A stretch of DNA of 64,000 nucleotides from Haliotis rufescens (Eukaryota): positions 4,464,001 through 4,528,000 of the forward strand of contig NW_025963835.1 of the NCBI RefSeq assembly GCF_023055435.1, given 5' to 3'. The position numbers were made by a program, and so were the translations under genes. Shown in pieces: positions 37,187-51,496 of this stretch (positions are counted from its first letter, which is position 1; every line of letters begins with the position of its first letter). Under the pieces are notes generated by a model. That model was given only the letters and a program-made list of their open reading frames with translations. It had not been told where the DNA came from and ran no database searches.

Positions 37187-40100
37187 ATATTTAGAAAGGT
37201 AAAGCCATCTTCAGGTGAGATTTCATCTCAACGTACAGACGAGCTGTCCACAGTTTCAGCCTCATTCTTTAAATATTTACGTATCATTTCTTGTCTCGGA
37301 GGAATCTATCGTCGTGTGAGCCCTACGGGAGAAAATGACATGGTGCGACACACTTAAACTTGTGTACGTCATATTTGTTCAAATAGTTTTTGTGACAAAC
37401 GTTGTCTTCTTCCTCATTGTTACTTACAACTATACAATTGACTCTAGACCAGTTGAACGTCTTCTGTCGTTCTGTGCTGTAATGTTGATAGATTTGTACG
37501 TGTCTTTCGTCTACAGTATCTTTCTGTCAAAAACATTACAACTGTTGCATGTTCGTTTTTGTAAGTATGAGGAACGGTACGGATTCAGTGTTGGATTCAA
37601 AAAGTGGGTCAAGAAGTTGAGACCAATCCTTATTGTCGGCCTTTTATTCACGACAGTATTTGGTCCACTCAAATACTCAATGGTGCAAAACTATCCTGTA
37701 GTTATGAACGGTATCTACCCTACCTTTTCTTTTACGGAACCTTGGAAATCAGTTGGCTTAGTTATTACGTCCATTGGATACATATTAGTAGAAATTCAGT
37801 GGCTAACCAGTTTTGTTGCTATACCATTTCTTTCGCTGTTTTTGTGGCAAGAATTTAAACGTGTTGAAACACAATTCCAGGAACTTGCAAACAGTCAGTG
37901 TGAAGACCCTGAAGCCAGGTTCAACACCTTGGTAATTCATCATGGCCATGTAACCGAAGTGCTTGAGGATATCAACAACTATGTGCAACACTTTATTTTC
38001 ACTAGTGTATTCATGACTTTGCCTGTGACTTGTACCATAATATATTCCATTTTCTCAAAGTCAGTCAATTCTGAAGAAGTGATATTTTATAGCACAGGGT
38101 GTGTTTGGGGCCTTCTGTGTGTAGGCTTGAGACTGCTTGTTGACGCACTGGTCAGTTCAAAGGTGAGAATTTTACTTTTTATGTCTAAAGATATAGAAGA
38201 TGATTAGGATATTAGAAATTGTGAGTGAGTGAGAAAGTGGGTGTGTTTTTGTATCTTTGATAATTATTTCATTACGTACCAGCTTAATGTGAGAGAAAAA
38301 AACTTAAGCAATAAAGGACCATTTTTTGACGAAATCCATGAGTATTGGTATGGTACAGTAAAAGTCAATATTACTATGAAATCCTTGATTGGAACCCTCA
38401 GTCAGAGAATCCTGGTAGGTCTAATTGGTGCAACTCTATACTACTTGCAGTTGGAAGGTGGTAGATGTACAGAATATCGTTACGGTTCTCGTTGCAGGCT
38501 CACGGGACTCTACAGTACGTATGGATGCTTGATAAAGAACGTTTCTCTGGCATAGGGCTACAGAAAGTATCTGTAAAACTACTTTTACACATTAAATGAG
38601 TTAAATGTTCATCTCCCCTGATGAATGTTTAATTCCAAGTGGCTTATGTGATGACCCATGTGTCCATCGTAACAAGTTTCTTTCATCCAAAATCGATGCA
38701 TGTTCCAACTAATGTTGGCGCCAACATTTGGGAAAACATATTTAATTACTCATTAAAGGATATATGATTATATTTAATGTAAGCATTCATTTTTGTCACA
38801 CCCAAATATTTTAAGATTGTGGATGACTATTAAGGCATAGAAGGTACGAACATAAACCATTACCTTAAGGCCAAAGCCCTAGTGTGGATTCTGGGGCATA
38901 TTCCGTAGGATACAACAAACACAAAATTAGGTTCCTTCCTTTCTTGAAGGTACTTCCCCCAAATTGTTAAAACTGATGCTAGGACACTGTATCAATGCCT
39001 ATCGGATGGTTATACGGTGCTATCTGACAGACCGCTACTAATGTTAATAAAATAAATAAAAAGTGACCATTATTCACCATTAGAACATGAACCAAAACAA
39101 ATATAAATATTCCTTATAATTAAATTTGGCAACGAAAACGTGTTAGCTGCCATAGTTACATGAAAAAATATATAAATCAAAGCGGACAAAAAATTGACAA
39201 GATTGAAAAACAACCCATTCGTTGGAATATATACGGTGAATCAGGTGATTGGTTGATGCACATATCTTGACACGCCCTCAAAATCAGTAGCCAATTAACG
39301 AAGAGTAGCATCAAACAACGTTCTTTGGACCTGTCAACCAAGGCAAGGGGCGAAAAGAACTGCAACAGTTACACTGTAACTAACCGGAACAAATATGTCA
39401 GGGAGAAGGCGGCCGTTTCAACAACCGCCAGATTCAAACATGTTCCCCGTGAACCGGGAGACACAGTGGAAATGAAACCCGAATACATGAAATTTGTGGA
39501 ACCCAGGCGAGCGAAAAAGAAACCCAGGCGAACCTCAGGCAAGCAGACCTGCACGTTTGCTTTGTCATTCCTTCTCGGACTTCGGCCTCGAAGGCTGGTT
39601 CGGAGAATGGCTATGCATTAATTGCGCTAACAGATCATGTTAATGATGTCGGTATTTCCTGACATTCCGTAGTGGCGAAAGTAGTCCGCTTCGGTGGGCC
39701 GAGGTTACATTCGTTGGGAAATAAATGAATTAACACGTGACCAATTCAGTTAATCGGAATGCCGTAATTACAATGAACACACAACGAAAATGTAAATATT
39801 TTCTATTTAACGTAACCATAGTTCTAGCTTAGGTAACAACGAGTTTATCTCTGTTAATACTGACAGCAGTTTCTTAAAGAGTTGATTTTCATGTAAAATA
39901 TTTGTTAATGAGGTTCAAGGTAGTTGATCTTTCTGTTTATAATTAGGCACATGGCAATTCAAATGACAGTTAACCTATTTTACAAGATATTGTCTATGTA
40001 TTAATGGGTTCTTATTGTTTTTCCTGCGACAATTTGATTGCATGAAACAAGTACAAATACATACCTTTACAACAGGTCGCGTCATTGCAGGATATGACGC

Positions 40101-41209
40101 CGCACTCAGCAATATTCCAGCAATATGACGTCGATATGCAAATATGAAAATCTGGATCATACCATCTAGTGATCGATATTGTGAACAACAAGTCCCCGAG
40201 CCCCATCACCTATTCCTTCTGGTCGCCTCTTTCTACAAGCATAGGTTGCTGCGCACCTATTGCAACCCGAACATACAGAGCGTATTAAGTGGTGATGAAC
40301 AAATACAATGTTTTAATAGTTTAAGTCCCGCGCTCGGTTTATCGTCACTCAGCAGACATAGGGTATTTATCTTACTGATAGATTAGGCTATCGCTTCATG
40401 ATATGAACATGGAATGCATTTAATGATTGTTCTGTTTTTTAGATGAACCTGTTTGTGTCAAGATTGACGGGAGACACTATCGGCTACAACATTCACGGCC
40501 TCTTTACAATCACCATGCCAACACTCCTTGGGGTGAGTCATACTATCTATTGCATAAATAGCGAGGTTCAGTAAAGACTGAAGTAAGAAATGACCACATG
40601 ACAACCACATGACCCGTACCATGTTTGAATAGTTGTAAATGTGTGCCGAAAAAGCAAATGGATTTATTTTCAAAGATATGAAACCGAAGTTACCTATCAT
40701 CAGAATTTGATATTTTTATATCGAATTATATCTAACAAAATAAAATTATGTAGAAGTATTTTTTGAGTGCTAACTAAGGCCCAGCACAGTTCAAGTCTTG
40801 GGATATAATATCGCTGACTTGAGCTATTTTCAATTGGAAATCAAACGTACGATTACATACGAGAGGTATAATTTATTTTACCCCTCAGTTTAGATACGAT
40901 TTTTAATATGTCATTTATTGTATGCTCTAATACTAATATTACCAGTATTAATTAGTATTGACATATTCTTACCCTTCACTTAACGCGCCATAATCCAGAC
41001 ACCTCTGAACAGCTGTCTATGGTCCTAGACTCTTACAAATTAAACTTCATATTTACAATTCAACATTGGAGACACAATACTTAAAAAACACCAATGTCAT
41101 CCATTTTCAGATAGTGGGAACACTGGTCACCTACATAATTGTGGTTGTACAGTTCAAGCCAACAGAGCCAACGTGTCAGTGCGGCGAGTTTAGGAACGTC
41201 ACACAGTGA
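37187..41209 (+). pseudogene. GRL copy 3: probable pseudogene, or a 361-aa N-truncated form from ATG 37335; exons to 38162, 38498-38566, 40443-40532, 41111-41209
   Basis: Ancestral ATG is ATA at 37187. +1 insertion near 37325 (cctacgggag vs cctggggag). A 2-nt deletion in exon 4 stops the protein 3 codons early. The rest of the frame and all GT-AG sites are intact. Confidence 0.78.
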
Positions 41210-43479
41210 TATGTGATTTGGAACACGATGTGTAGCAAAATGTGAAGATGTGTAGGCTTCTATCATCATTAACTTTAGTGTGTCATGCCGAGCCTCTTAC
41301 TATCTTGAGGGGGAATACTGAGGAGGTGCATCAATAGCTTTGTAGGGATGCAACCACCCATTGAGTTAAGTGATGAATGACACTCGTCTCGGCATATGAT
41401 GAAGACGGCATGTATCTCGTTATGAAGCTGGCAGCCAACTTTGATAAGAAATGAAAAGAATATAACAGAAACAAATTCGCTTGAACATGTGAAATTCTGG
41501 TTTGATTTTCATGATACTAATTTTACAATATTCAAAGAGTAAATTAAGGTAATATCTTATTATATAATTAATTTGCTTCTCATTGCATGAACGATTTTGA
41601 AGTTCTGATTCACAGTGAGATAAGTGGAATAAGTATAATGCTTGGAACTAGGGCATTGATTCTATTTCTTGTTCAAGAATCAAAACTCTGGAGCTGCGTA
41701 TTCGCCAACCATTCTGATCATTGCATATAATTTGATTTCAATTTCATTTGATTAACACATATGGTAATCATGAAAACAACGACATCATGAATAAATGAAC
41801 CGCTTAAGGTGTTGTTGCTTGTGTCGTGCTTGCATCATTATATTTGACATGACTTCAATTCGGGGGACGCAGGTGGCCAAGACGCCGCAGTTCGCTGTGT
41901 AGAGTTGCGTCCCTTGGCCACTCTAAAAACCTATGGTCCTGGGTTCGGATTCCAGTTCGACCCGATTATGTTTTTAGGTTTGTCAGCACCAGGACCGTGC
42001 TCGTGGGTTTCACCAACATGGTTAACAACTGAGACCTGCATCACTTCGGGCTTTCTTCCCACAATAAGTCACACCTGTGACATAACTGGAATTCTGTTCA
42101 AAGCGGTTTTAAACCCTCCCCAACTGACTTCAGTTCAAGTTGCTTTATATCTAATGTCTATCCAATATATAGTCTTATAAAAAGTTGGGGATCATGAAAT
42201 ATTAATGTTTGTACAAAGTATTGGAACCAGGAACAGTATAAGTATTAATACCAAAACGTATCCTATATTTTGCACGTACCACACGCAGTAGCACACACGA
42301 TCTATATGGACCAATCATACAATGTGCTTCTGATAATACATTAGTGACCCTCTGCTGTGGTAAATTTATATTACGCCTCATTAATGTAGTCTCACCTATC
42401 AGCATGTGAAGAGTCCGTTGGGAACCCTGTTTGGAAACACATATGTTTGTTGAATGATGTGACTTTATTGAATTTGTGCCATCTTTCTCCACCGGCGTTT
42501 GTCGGATCCAGACTCGATTATTTACAGCCCGCTTTCAAGTCGCAGGACTATTGCTCAATGTTGGAAAAAAAGAAACAGACATTTAAATGACATAACGGTG
42601 ACAATGGTATGATAAAACACAGCATGAACAATCAAGGTCTCTTCTCCAAAAGCCACACCTTAAACATAACCTCGAAAAGTGTTAACTTGGAATTACATGC
42701 AAAAACAGAACTCTCCACAACTCCACAATTTCCTAAATGCCTGAAGACCTTCCCCACCTGGAGCGTGTCTCATGAAACGTTTTCAATAAATCATATCAGG
42801 TGACAGCTTACCTCACCATAATTCAGTGAAAGTTAGCTTGTCTAATGCACTAGAAAAAATCACATGCCCAATGCAGTACATCTACAGAAAGATCCAAGCA
42901 TTTTGCTCCGTTATAAGCACCTCTGTTTACAGACACAAGACACGGTTTGGGAAAACATCTGCCCCAGTTTGTACAATTTTCAAACAACAAGTCTAATGCC
43001 TCAGGCCACCTTCATAAAAAAGTACTTTATATGTGCACTTACGTTTGAATGACTTTGACCCCAATCATATCCTTGACTATTTCCAGTTGAAAATATGGCT
43101 GAAAAGTTCTAAGCCTAGCTATGACGGACTGCGTTGAAGGTGAGTCGGTTGCAATTTCTTTTCAACATAATCCCCTCCGATGCCAACACATCTCTCCCAA
43201 CAATGTTGGAGCGCCTTAATTCACTGGTGTAGAAGGTTTCCTCCAAGTGGTGTAAAAGGTTTTCAACAACAGAACTGACGTCATCGTCATTTGACGTTGC
43301 CAACAAAGCTGAACACGAAGGATTATCAATGAGTTCAGAGCCACATAGATGCATTGCAGCCATGGCAACAACATATTTGTTGCAAGGTGTACTGCCCCGG
43401 TGGAAAAACACACGTTCATCTGTGGTATGTTAATGCAGGTGGCCTTAGCAGGAAAGCAAAAGAATTGGCCATTTATGGT

Positions 43480-45251
43480 GTGACCGTTTAGGATGTACTC
43501 TACACTATATATCTGGCAACACTGGTTTTAGAAAACTAGAAATTCCAAGCTTTCCAACCATACCAAATACATATTGCAATACCTCCGGTAGACCTATCTC
43601 CTTTATTTTGCTAGCTGTTTTGGCTGTTAGTACACGCAAACTGTGCTATACGCCCGCCGTAGTTAGGATCAGAACGTTTCCGCCACCTTCCGCCAGTCTT
43701 ACAAACATACTCAGTGCTCAAAGAAGCAGAACAACCTAACGAAGAGCCATTCCCGTTAAACCTTCTGTGAAACCAGTAGTGCCCTACTATAAGGATGATA
43801 TGTACCGAATGTCATCCTGCCAAGGTAAACTATCGAGTTAGTGTGAACATAATACATTTCTAAATATAAACTTCAGCATCAGTAACACGCATTACATGAA
43901 CACCCCAAAAGGGATGTGTGGCAAGTTATATGGGTTGGTTAAGTATTGAAATGAAACAAACGTATGTTCATCAACAATTGCTGTCTCTTTCTTAAAATAT
44001 CCTCTTTTTGTATTTTAAGGTTAGTTACTTTGAACATCAAGACAATATGTTTTTGTTAATGTGAGCCCATGTACGGATATCGCATAATCTGGCCAAAAGG
44101 GAAAATGACAAACATCTCTAAATAAGTTTAAACTTAGCCCTCACACGAAGCAATTATATGTTGATTCATTTTGTTAATTAGAATAAATAATGTATATTTT
44201 GAAACAACAGGTAGTCTGTTACACAAGGTCACGTTTACTATTGAAGTTAGAGAAAGAGTGGTTATCTTTCTCAAAGAATCTACTACTGAACAGCAACTTG
44301 GGAAGGCAATTAAAGGTAAGAATAATTGACGTTGTGGCAGTTATATACAGGTATTTATCTATAAAGCAGTACTTGAAAGACTGTGGGAGTGTGAAATTTT
44401 TTCGTTGCAACTGCTTTTTATTTGGCAATGTGAGTGACCTCATCCTGAGAGCCAACAACCAAACAAGGATCTTCCGCAGCTGTCTACATCAAAATATGTC
44501 TGCACCATCTTCTGCAGGTCAGGGTTGGAAAATGTCAGAAGCAGGGCTGAACATTAAACAGAATGCTATGCCAATAACACCTGTCAATATCCCCCAGAGC
44601 AAAAACTGAAGATGCAGCAAGAACTTTTATAACTCTACACAATGCTCATGTGAGAAGGCAGGCATTAGATCAACAGATGCTCTGAATGCGAGTATCCCAT
44701 ATCGTGGTCAGTGATTGGAGTGATAGCGGGCGTGGATTGTTGCCTTGGACAAAGGATTGGGTATTTACTTCTCTTATTCAGTTATTCAAGAAATCTTCAC
44801 CCCTTCATGTGCTAAGTATAAACTGATACAAAATATTGCTGAGAATGTGACATGTTCATGATACTTTTCTTAAAATAAAATATTGACCATATGTGACCAT
44901 ATTATGACCATAAACATTACTGTTGATACTAAATTTCATCATTTTGTTAAATTAATATTTGAAAATGTTGTGTTTTATCTATATAGAGGGAAAATGAGGT
45001 TAATGATTACATGCAGCTTCATCACGAGCATATGACAACTGAAAGGATGTCTGTCATGACATCAGTCCAAAGATCGGACCCTACATCTAAAGTCATGTTT
45101 TTCGCTAATGAGGACATATTTATAGTAGAACATTGATGTTTCCCAACAAGGGTACACTAGTGAATATTTTGATATAGTGTTCTTTTATTCACAAGTTCGT
45201 TGAGACACTTTTACATTTTAAGAGCATTTAGGGATCTGGGCCCACGGTCTA
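43480..45251 (+). mobile_element. Degenerate DNA transposon remnant, possibly Academ-like
   Basis: GQGWKM...P..P followed by a Cys-rich segment (RCSKN..TQCSCEKAGI) at ~44515-44690; right terminus gatctgggcccacggtcta. Left boundary uncertain. Confidence 0.35.
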
Positions 45252-46069
45252 AACGTCTTATATTAATTTCCAGCCAAGAATGAATGAATTATAATCAGAG
45301 TTTCACTAAATCACTGGATTGATGTTTATTTAACTTAAATGTAGTTACATGTACGTATATTCATTCCCTGAGAAAATTACGTTATAGACATATTCAGCTT
45401 CAAATAAGAAGCTTAAGTTCTAAGTATAAAAGGTAATTTCAAAAGAAAAAAAGTATTTCATGTTGCAGTTAGGTAATTTAAATAGTCAATTTAATCGCAA
45501 TTATTAGTACTATTACTATAGTTTGTTTGTTTGTTGTTCAACGCGGGGATACGATGACATGCATCATTCAAATTAGCGAGCCTTACCACCCGATCCCGTT
45601 AGTCTATTACTGTTATCTAGAACGAATATATTTACTACATTTAATCATATACTGTTTGTAGAAAGAATGTATCTCCAGTTAACATAATAGTGTATAAAAA
45701 TTGGTCTTTGGGTCTGCAATTAATATAATATAATTGAAACTGACTATTTCTTGGCATTAGAAAGTATTTGCGATCTGTAACTTTGCAACTGTTACATTAA
45801 TTCATTGCCGTTAACTTACAACTACTTTCACTCTACTTGAAAAACAAGCATGAAATACTCATATCCCCCGCAATATGACATGACCGGTTGTGTGCAATGC
45901 ATTAGTCATGTGAACTATGTTCACTGGACCTTTTTTGTAAATGGCGTAATTGCAGCACTAAAAAAGTTATCACTGGTGTTGTTGGCATATGCAGTTTATG
46001 ATATAATACGTAACTGTATTTGTAATGAGTTATGTGTTTGTGTTATTACTTAAACAATAATCAGAGAAG

Positions 46070-46945
46070 TTAGGGAGTTCTTACTTTACTTAGAGATTCA
46101 TGACAGCAGGGGTCACCATGAGGCGTACTGAGAAGTACAGCACCAATCATCTGATGATCTGAGTAGTAGACTGGAGTCTGGAATGCTACAGCACTGGCAT
46201 GATCAGCAAACAACAGGTCCAGTGTAACTCCAAGACATTGAGTTGGAGATTGAATGAGTTGAGTCATTTCCGCACGTTCAAGAATTTCTCAAGTTTCAGC
46301 TTTTCACTCAGATCACATTCGAAATTCCCAGTAACTAGGACATGTTCACATTCATGCTGCTTTGAGAGATCTTGAAGTTTCTGCATGATATGAGTATGTG
46401 AATGTGACAACCGTGTCCATGACACTTTTGGAGGAGCATGCACACAAGCAATGAAGAACTTGCCAAAAAGAAAGGAAATGTATTCAATAATGCGAGATGA
46501 CATTACATCACATAGCTGGAAAATGTTCTTGAAACTTGTTGAAACATACACAGCAATGCCATATGTAGTGTCTCCTGGATAGACTTGATATCCTGGCAGG
46601 TCTCTTTCACTGTAATCATTGATTTTTGTTTCTGTGAAACACAAAACATCAAGCACACCAACAAACATACACTGCGAGGAAGTAGGCTGGTTCGGGTGCC
46701 CCTGTTCATGATACCGGCATGCACTGCGAGGAAGTAGGCTGGTTCGGGCGACACGATTCATGTTACTGGTACCCTGGTTCAGGGTGCCCCTGTTCATGTT
46801 ACCACTACCCACTGCGAGGAAGTAGGCTGGTTCGGGTGCCCCCGGTAATGTTACCGGTACCCACTGCGAGAAGGTAGGCTGGTTCGAGTGCCACTGTTCA
46901 TGTTACCACCATGCACTGCGATGAAGTAGGCTAGTTCGGGTGCCA
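46070..46945 (-). mobile_element. AP-endonuclease (EEP) remnant, Helentron-like, abutting a ~51-bp tandem repeat (46670-46945)
   Basis: DVLCFTETK, GIAVYV, VHAPP, VTGNFECD, PT..GVTLDLLF and YYSDH are EEP motifs. The unit cactgcgaggaagtaggctggttcgggtgcc occurs 5 times. Confidence 0.6.
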
Positions 46946-47204
46946 CTTGTAAATTGTGTTTTCACAAAAATTCACCATATACCGTGACCAAGTTCCTTTG
47001 TCAAGTGGTATACATCTCAATTAGGTAATTATGGTAACGGTTCTCAGACAACTCTACGTAGATGTTTTTGTAGAATAAATAAACGGTTTCCGAGTTGTGC
47101 TCTTGCTAAGGAAACATTCGTAAAAATTCCCAAACTATCAAAAGGCACGAGTTTAGCACTAGGCCTTTTTATATGCCAAATATGGAAGATATATTGTACG
47201 GTTT

Positions 47205-47485
47205 TCAAGATCTGTGCCAAGTTTGGTTATTTTCAGTGTAAGTCAAAGTCGTTGCCATGGAAACTCGAAAAATATATATATTTTTTTTCTCCAAACTATC
47301 AATAGGCACCAGTTCACCACCAGACCTATCTATGTGCCAGGTTTGGTTAAGTTCACTCTGATGGTTTTTGTGTTCTGCTCCGGAAACGAAATGTGACGGA
47401 CGGACGGATGGACGGATGGACGGAAAGACGGACGGACGGCACCCATTCCTATATCCCCCTTCCACTTCGTGGCGGGGGATAATAA
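47205..47485 (+). mobile_element. Non-autonomous Helentron-like (HINE/DINE-type) element end
   Basis: Core repeat tgtgcca(a/g)gtttggtta twice, (GACG/GATG)n microsatellite, terminal hairpin atcccccttccacttcgtggcgggggat followed by aataa. Confidence 0.6.
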
Positions 47486-47789
47486 CCGGAAGAAAATAAC
47501 ACACACGAAGGAAACAGCGAGAGGACGAAACAGAGTTAACTCCCTCGCGAGAAAAGGGTCATCCGTTCACAAACTGTTCAACCTATCCATGCGTAAATAT
47601 GTTTAAACAGTTAACTGAAAATATGTTTAACACATAGCAGAGATCTATTAATAAAAGGTCAAGCATATATCGCAGTTTCAAGTTCCAAGATCCTGCTTAT
47701 GGGTTTCGTATCATTGTTACCTTTTACCGCACTGTTATTACAATTCACCACAGTTTATTACATTTTACGGCGTTATTACAAGTTACGTT

Positions 47790-48052
47790 GTATCACATCA
47801 ATTTTGTCATATAGCCTTGTGGATATTTTTTGTTGTTTTATGCATAGATCTAAATATGAAGAACAATTGGCGGTTTCGCTGGTCTCTGCTATTTGTAGCT
47901 TTAGTGAGTAAATAAGTGGAAAGGAATGGATTATTTGATCATTTTTGAACGATATCAGATCACTGATGTACCTGAAACTTAAGTTAAACTTATTGGCCAA
48001 ATTCCCTTGTTTTGATTTTGCCAATCCGAGCAGAAATTCTGACTCGTATGTA
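47790..48052 (-). mobile_element. Penelope-like element RT fragment
   Basis: YTYESEFL...FNLSFRYISDLISF...SYLDL...STRLYDK matches the PLE RT pattern (FRYIDD..SYLDL..LYDK). Confidence 0.7.
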
Positions 48053-48054
48053 TA

Positions 48055-49685
48055 CACAAAGAAAAATGTTAGGCACTATTTCTGAACCATGACACATGGC
48101 AAAAATCATAGCATGGGATGACTGACCACAGGAGCTGGGCGATACCAATTTCATCGGATAGAACAAACATTTGACAACAAATAAAGTAGATATTGGTGAG
48201 TTGTGATTGAAATTTACATCATGGTAACCCAGGTACTGTTTTTGACCTTATATACCTAAAAAAGGTAATGAGCTGCAGGATTGAGTAAACGAGTTACGTT
48301 TCATGTTTCATGTGAAAATGTTCCTTAAAGTCTCTACTTGACATGACACGTGAAACAGATCAGTAGCGGGTATAACCGCCACGTGCCCGGATGACACATT
48401 CCACCCTACGTCTCATGCCTCCAGTCAGACGTTGGATCTGTTGATGGGTCAACAGCAACCACTCCTGATGCAATGCTGCTTCTAGTTGGCGTAAATTTTG
48501 TACAGGAGGATCTCGTGCCCATATGCGCCGCCCGCGAATATTCCAGACATGTTCAAGGGGATTCAAATCTGGGCTCATTGCTGGCCAGGGTAGTCGTTAT
48601 TGCATTGGCCCTCATGTAATCCACGACTGCATGTGAACGATGAGGCCTGGCATTGTCATCCATGTACAGAGGTCGAGTAACAAGAGGGTGGTTGTCAAAA
48701 TGAGGAACGACGACCGGCCTCAAAACGTCCCGGTTGTACTGAGCCCCTGTTAAGTTGCCCCTTATGGTGACCAAGTCCAACCTGCAATCATGAGAGATAC
48801 AACCCCAAACCATTACCGAGTCCCCGCCGTATGCAACAGTCGGTTTAATGTTCCTGGGGGTGTAAACCGTGTTCCGGTGCCTCTAAAATCTCGTTCTTCC
48901 ATTAGTGACGTGGAGCAGAAAGCGACTTGAGTCTGACCAATGGATCCGTTCTCAGATTCAAGTTCTGTCGCGCAATACACCATGCTAAACGAGCAGCTTT
49001 GTGGCGATCTCTCAACAAGGGACGCCTTCTGACTCGACTAGCCCTCAGTCCTGCTGCTTTCAGCCGGTTTCTGGTGGTTCTGGTGCTGATGCGACGATTG
49101 GGCAACCACAGCTGTTTCAGACGAGTACTTGTTAAAAAGGGTCCTCGGCGTTTGAGACGAAGGAGGTCCCTGTCTTCGCGATGTGTTGTCACAGGAGGTC
49201 TTCCGGATCTGGGAAGGTCCTGTACATCACCGGTCTGAGCACGTTTCTCGAATAAATGGCTTACGACAGTGTGATTATACCCAAAATTCCGACCAATGGC
49301 ATTACAAGACATTCCTGGGTTATGCATGCCGATCATTTGCCATCTTGTGGCGTTTGACAATCGCCTTCGTGCCATCATCACACAAATGTCATGCAATAAC
49401 TGTTTAAAACCGAGCTGATATGGTCTGTTGATATCATGACAGTTACATGACAAAAAAGTTTTTCAATGTTTTCTAATCCTTCAATTTATGGTCTTCGGTA
49501 AAATTCCTTTCTGCTCATATTCTTTTGGAACACAAGATAAACTTGCTTTGGGACAACTTTTGCATCACATGAGGTTTACATATACGGCTTATAACAATCG
49601 TACATCGCGTTATAATAGTCATCATTAAGTGCCAAAAGTAACAGCTCACAAATATGGTGGGTGGCGCTTAACTTTTGTGCATGTG
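48055..49685 (-). mobile_element. Tc1-like transposon, near full length, frameshifted transposase (49379-48360)
   Basis: HTH plus RSGRP; VMVWGCIS; DDNARPH; SPDLNPLEHVW...GGYTRY; imperfect TIRs CACA..AAA.GTTA.GC with TA flanks. Confidence 0.9.
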
Positions 49686-50407
49686 TATATATACTCCGAA
49701 ACGTTGTGTTCCTCATAATAAAAAAGTTGACATCCATAAATTCTCTTCCTTATGTTTTCAATTGTTCAAATATTACAGCGATCGACCTGGCATTGTGTGA
49801 AGATCATACAGATTGATTGTTTGTAATATATATGTATGTAATATGTAATATTCCAGCTATGTGACGGCGGTCGTATGGCATAAGATTTGCTTAGTGTGTG
49901 GAACTGTGAAACCGTCTTTGACATATTTCAACATTATGAGGCCTTGATGTTGTACAAGTTGGATGTATTATTAGCTATAGGTGAGGTAAAATGGGGTTTA
50001 ATTAATGTTGCGTTCATGATTATATTTATTAAAGCGACGTCCATATACGCGCGCCCGCGCGTGCGTGCGTGCGTGTGAGGCTGCTTGTAGTGGTCCGGAC
50101 GTATACTCCTTGTACTATGCCGGTGTTATAACGCTTGCTTACTAGGATACTATGTCCCAGATGACTATCTCGAAAAGTTAAACAGATATCTGTGAACGCA
50201 TCTAGCGATGGCGTGCACACGCAATCTCTTCAGAACGCAATCTGACCAAGTATTGCTCCTGGCCCAACTTGTTGTACATGGGTGAAGGTGGCAGGACAAA
50301 AGCAAGGCTTGTTTTCCTAACGTCATACGACAAAAGGATAGTTTTTAGTGATACATCAACCAATACCCAACAATTTCCACTTGACATTTAACATGTTCTC
50401 ATATATA

Positions 50408-50923
50408 CTGAACAGCACTGAAAACGCACCAGCAATAAATCTTGAAATATTACAAAAACAGTAAATACAATTACGTCATCAGTGTAATGAAGACATATAG
50501 GGTTAAAATGAAAAGTCAATATCTGGTATGTCCGCCATTGACAGCAACACTGGCCATGCAGCGTCTTCTCATTGACGTAGTGTATCTTCAAGTTCTCTCA
50601 GGTTCTGTACTTGCGGACGACGTGAGAGGCGTTGACCCAGGTAATCCTATAGATGTTCAATTGGCGATAGATCGGGTGATAGGGCTGGCCATGGAAGCAG
50701 AGGCAGATTATTGTTCGCTAGGTACTGTGTTGAAACCCGTGATGTGTGCGCTCTTGCATTATCTTGCTGGAAGGTGTGCATATCCTGGTGCTGATGAAAG
50801 AATGGGATGACGTGATTTGCCAATATGTTATTCCTGTAGTAAAGGGCATTAACTCTTCCACGACAAACATGGAACTCTGTTCGATGGTTATGACTGATGC
50901 CGCCCCACACCATGACACTCCCT

Positions 50924-50954
<31 letters not shown>

Positions 50955-51496
50955 CGATCTGTCTGTACAACGCAGTCATTTTGTGGTAACGTTCTCCACG
51001 TCGACGCCACACTCGCAGTCGACGTAAATGAAAACGGGACTCATCAGAGAACAGCACACCATGCCACTGCCGCAATCTCAAATGACGATGCCTTTTGGCC
51101 CAACGCAGACGTTCATTTCGATGTCGATCAGTGAATATGGGTCCAACATATGGACGTCGAGCACGTAGCCCTGCTGAGCGGAGACGTCGACGTACGGTGT
51201 CAGCACTGATCAATTCCGTCGGCCTTGTACGGTTGCTGCAGTCCTGGTAGCCGGAAGTGTACGATTACGAAGATGCTCGTGAAACAAAACACGTTTTCCA
51301 TGATGTGCACGCAATTTGTTGCGTTTTGGCGATTTCGCTCACACAAAATTTAGGAATGTGTTTTGACGAGCTGGTCTTCTTCAAATCTTCGTCCAGAACG
51401 TCGTATATTACTCATTCACTTATATATTTTCATATGACTTAAGCCCGGATAAAAATCCATCCATTTTCATGGTGGTGCGTTTTCAATGCTGTTCAG
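50408..51496 (-). mobile_element. Tc1-like transposon, internally deleted
   Basis: TIR CTGAACAGCA(C/T)TGAAAACGCACCA with TA TSD; FSDESRF, QQDNARAH, SPDLSPIEH (DD34E-type). Confidence 0.92.

Noticed and set aside
39100-39820. GC-richer insert in GRL3 intron 2 with short ORFs
   Set aside because: Probably a non-autonomous DNA transposon, but I could not define convincing TIRs, a TSD or protein homology.
49690-49712. ccgaaacgttg resembling the 3' half of a Penelope-type hammerhead ribozyme
   Set aside because: The CTGANGA half is absent because the Tc1 end lies immediately upstream; no complete core.
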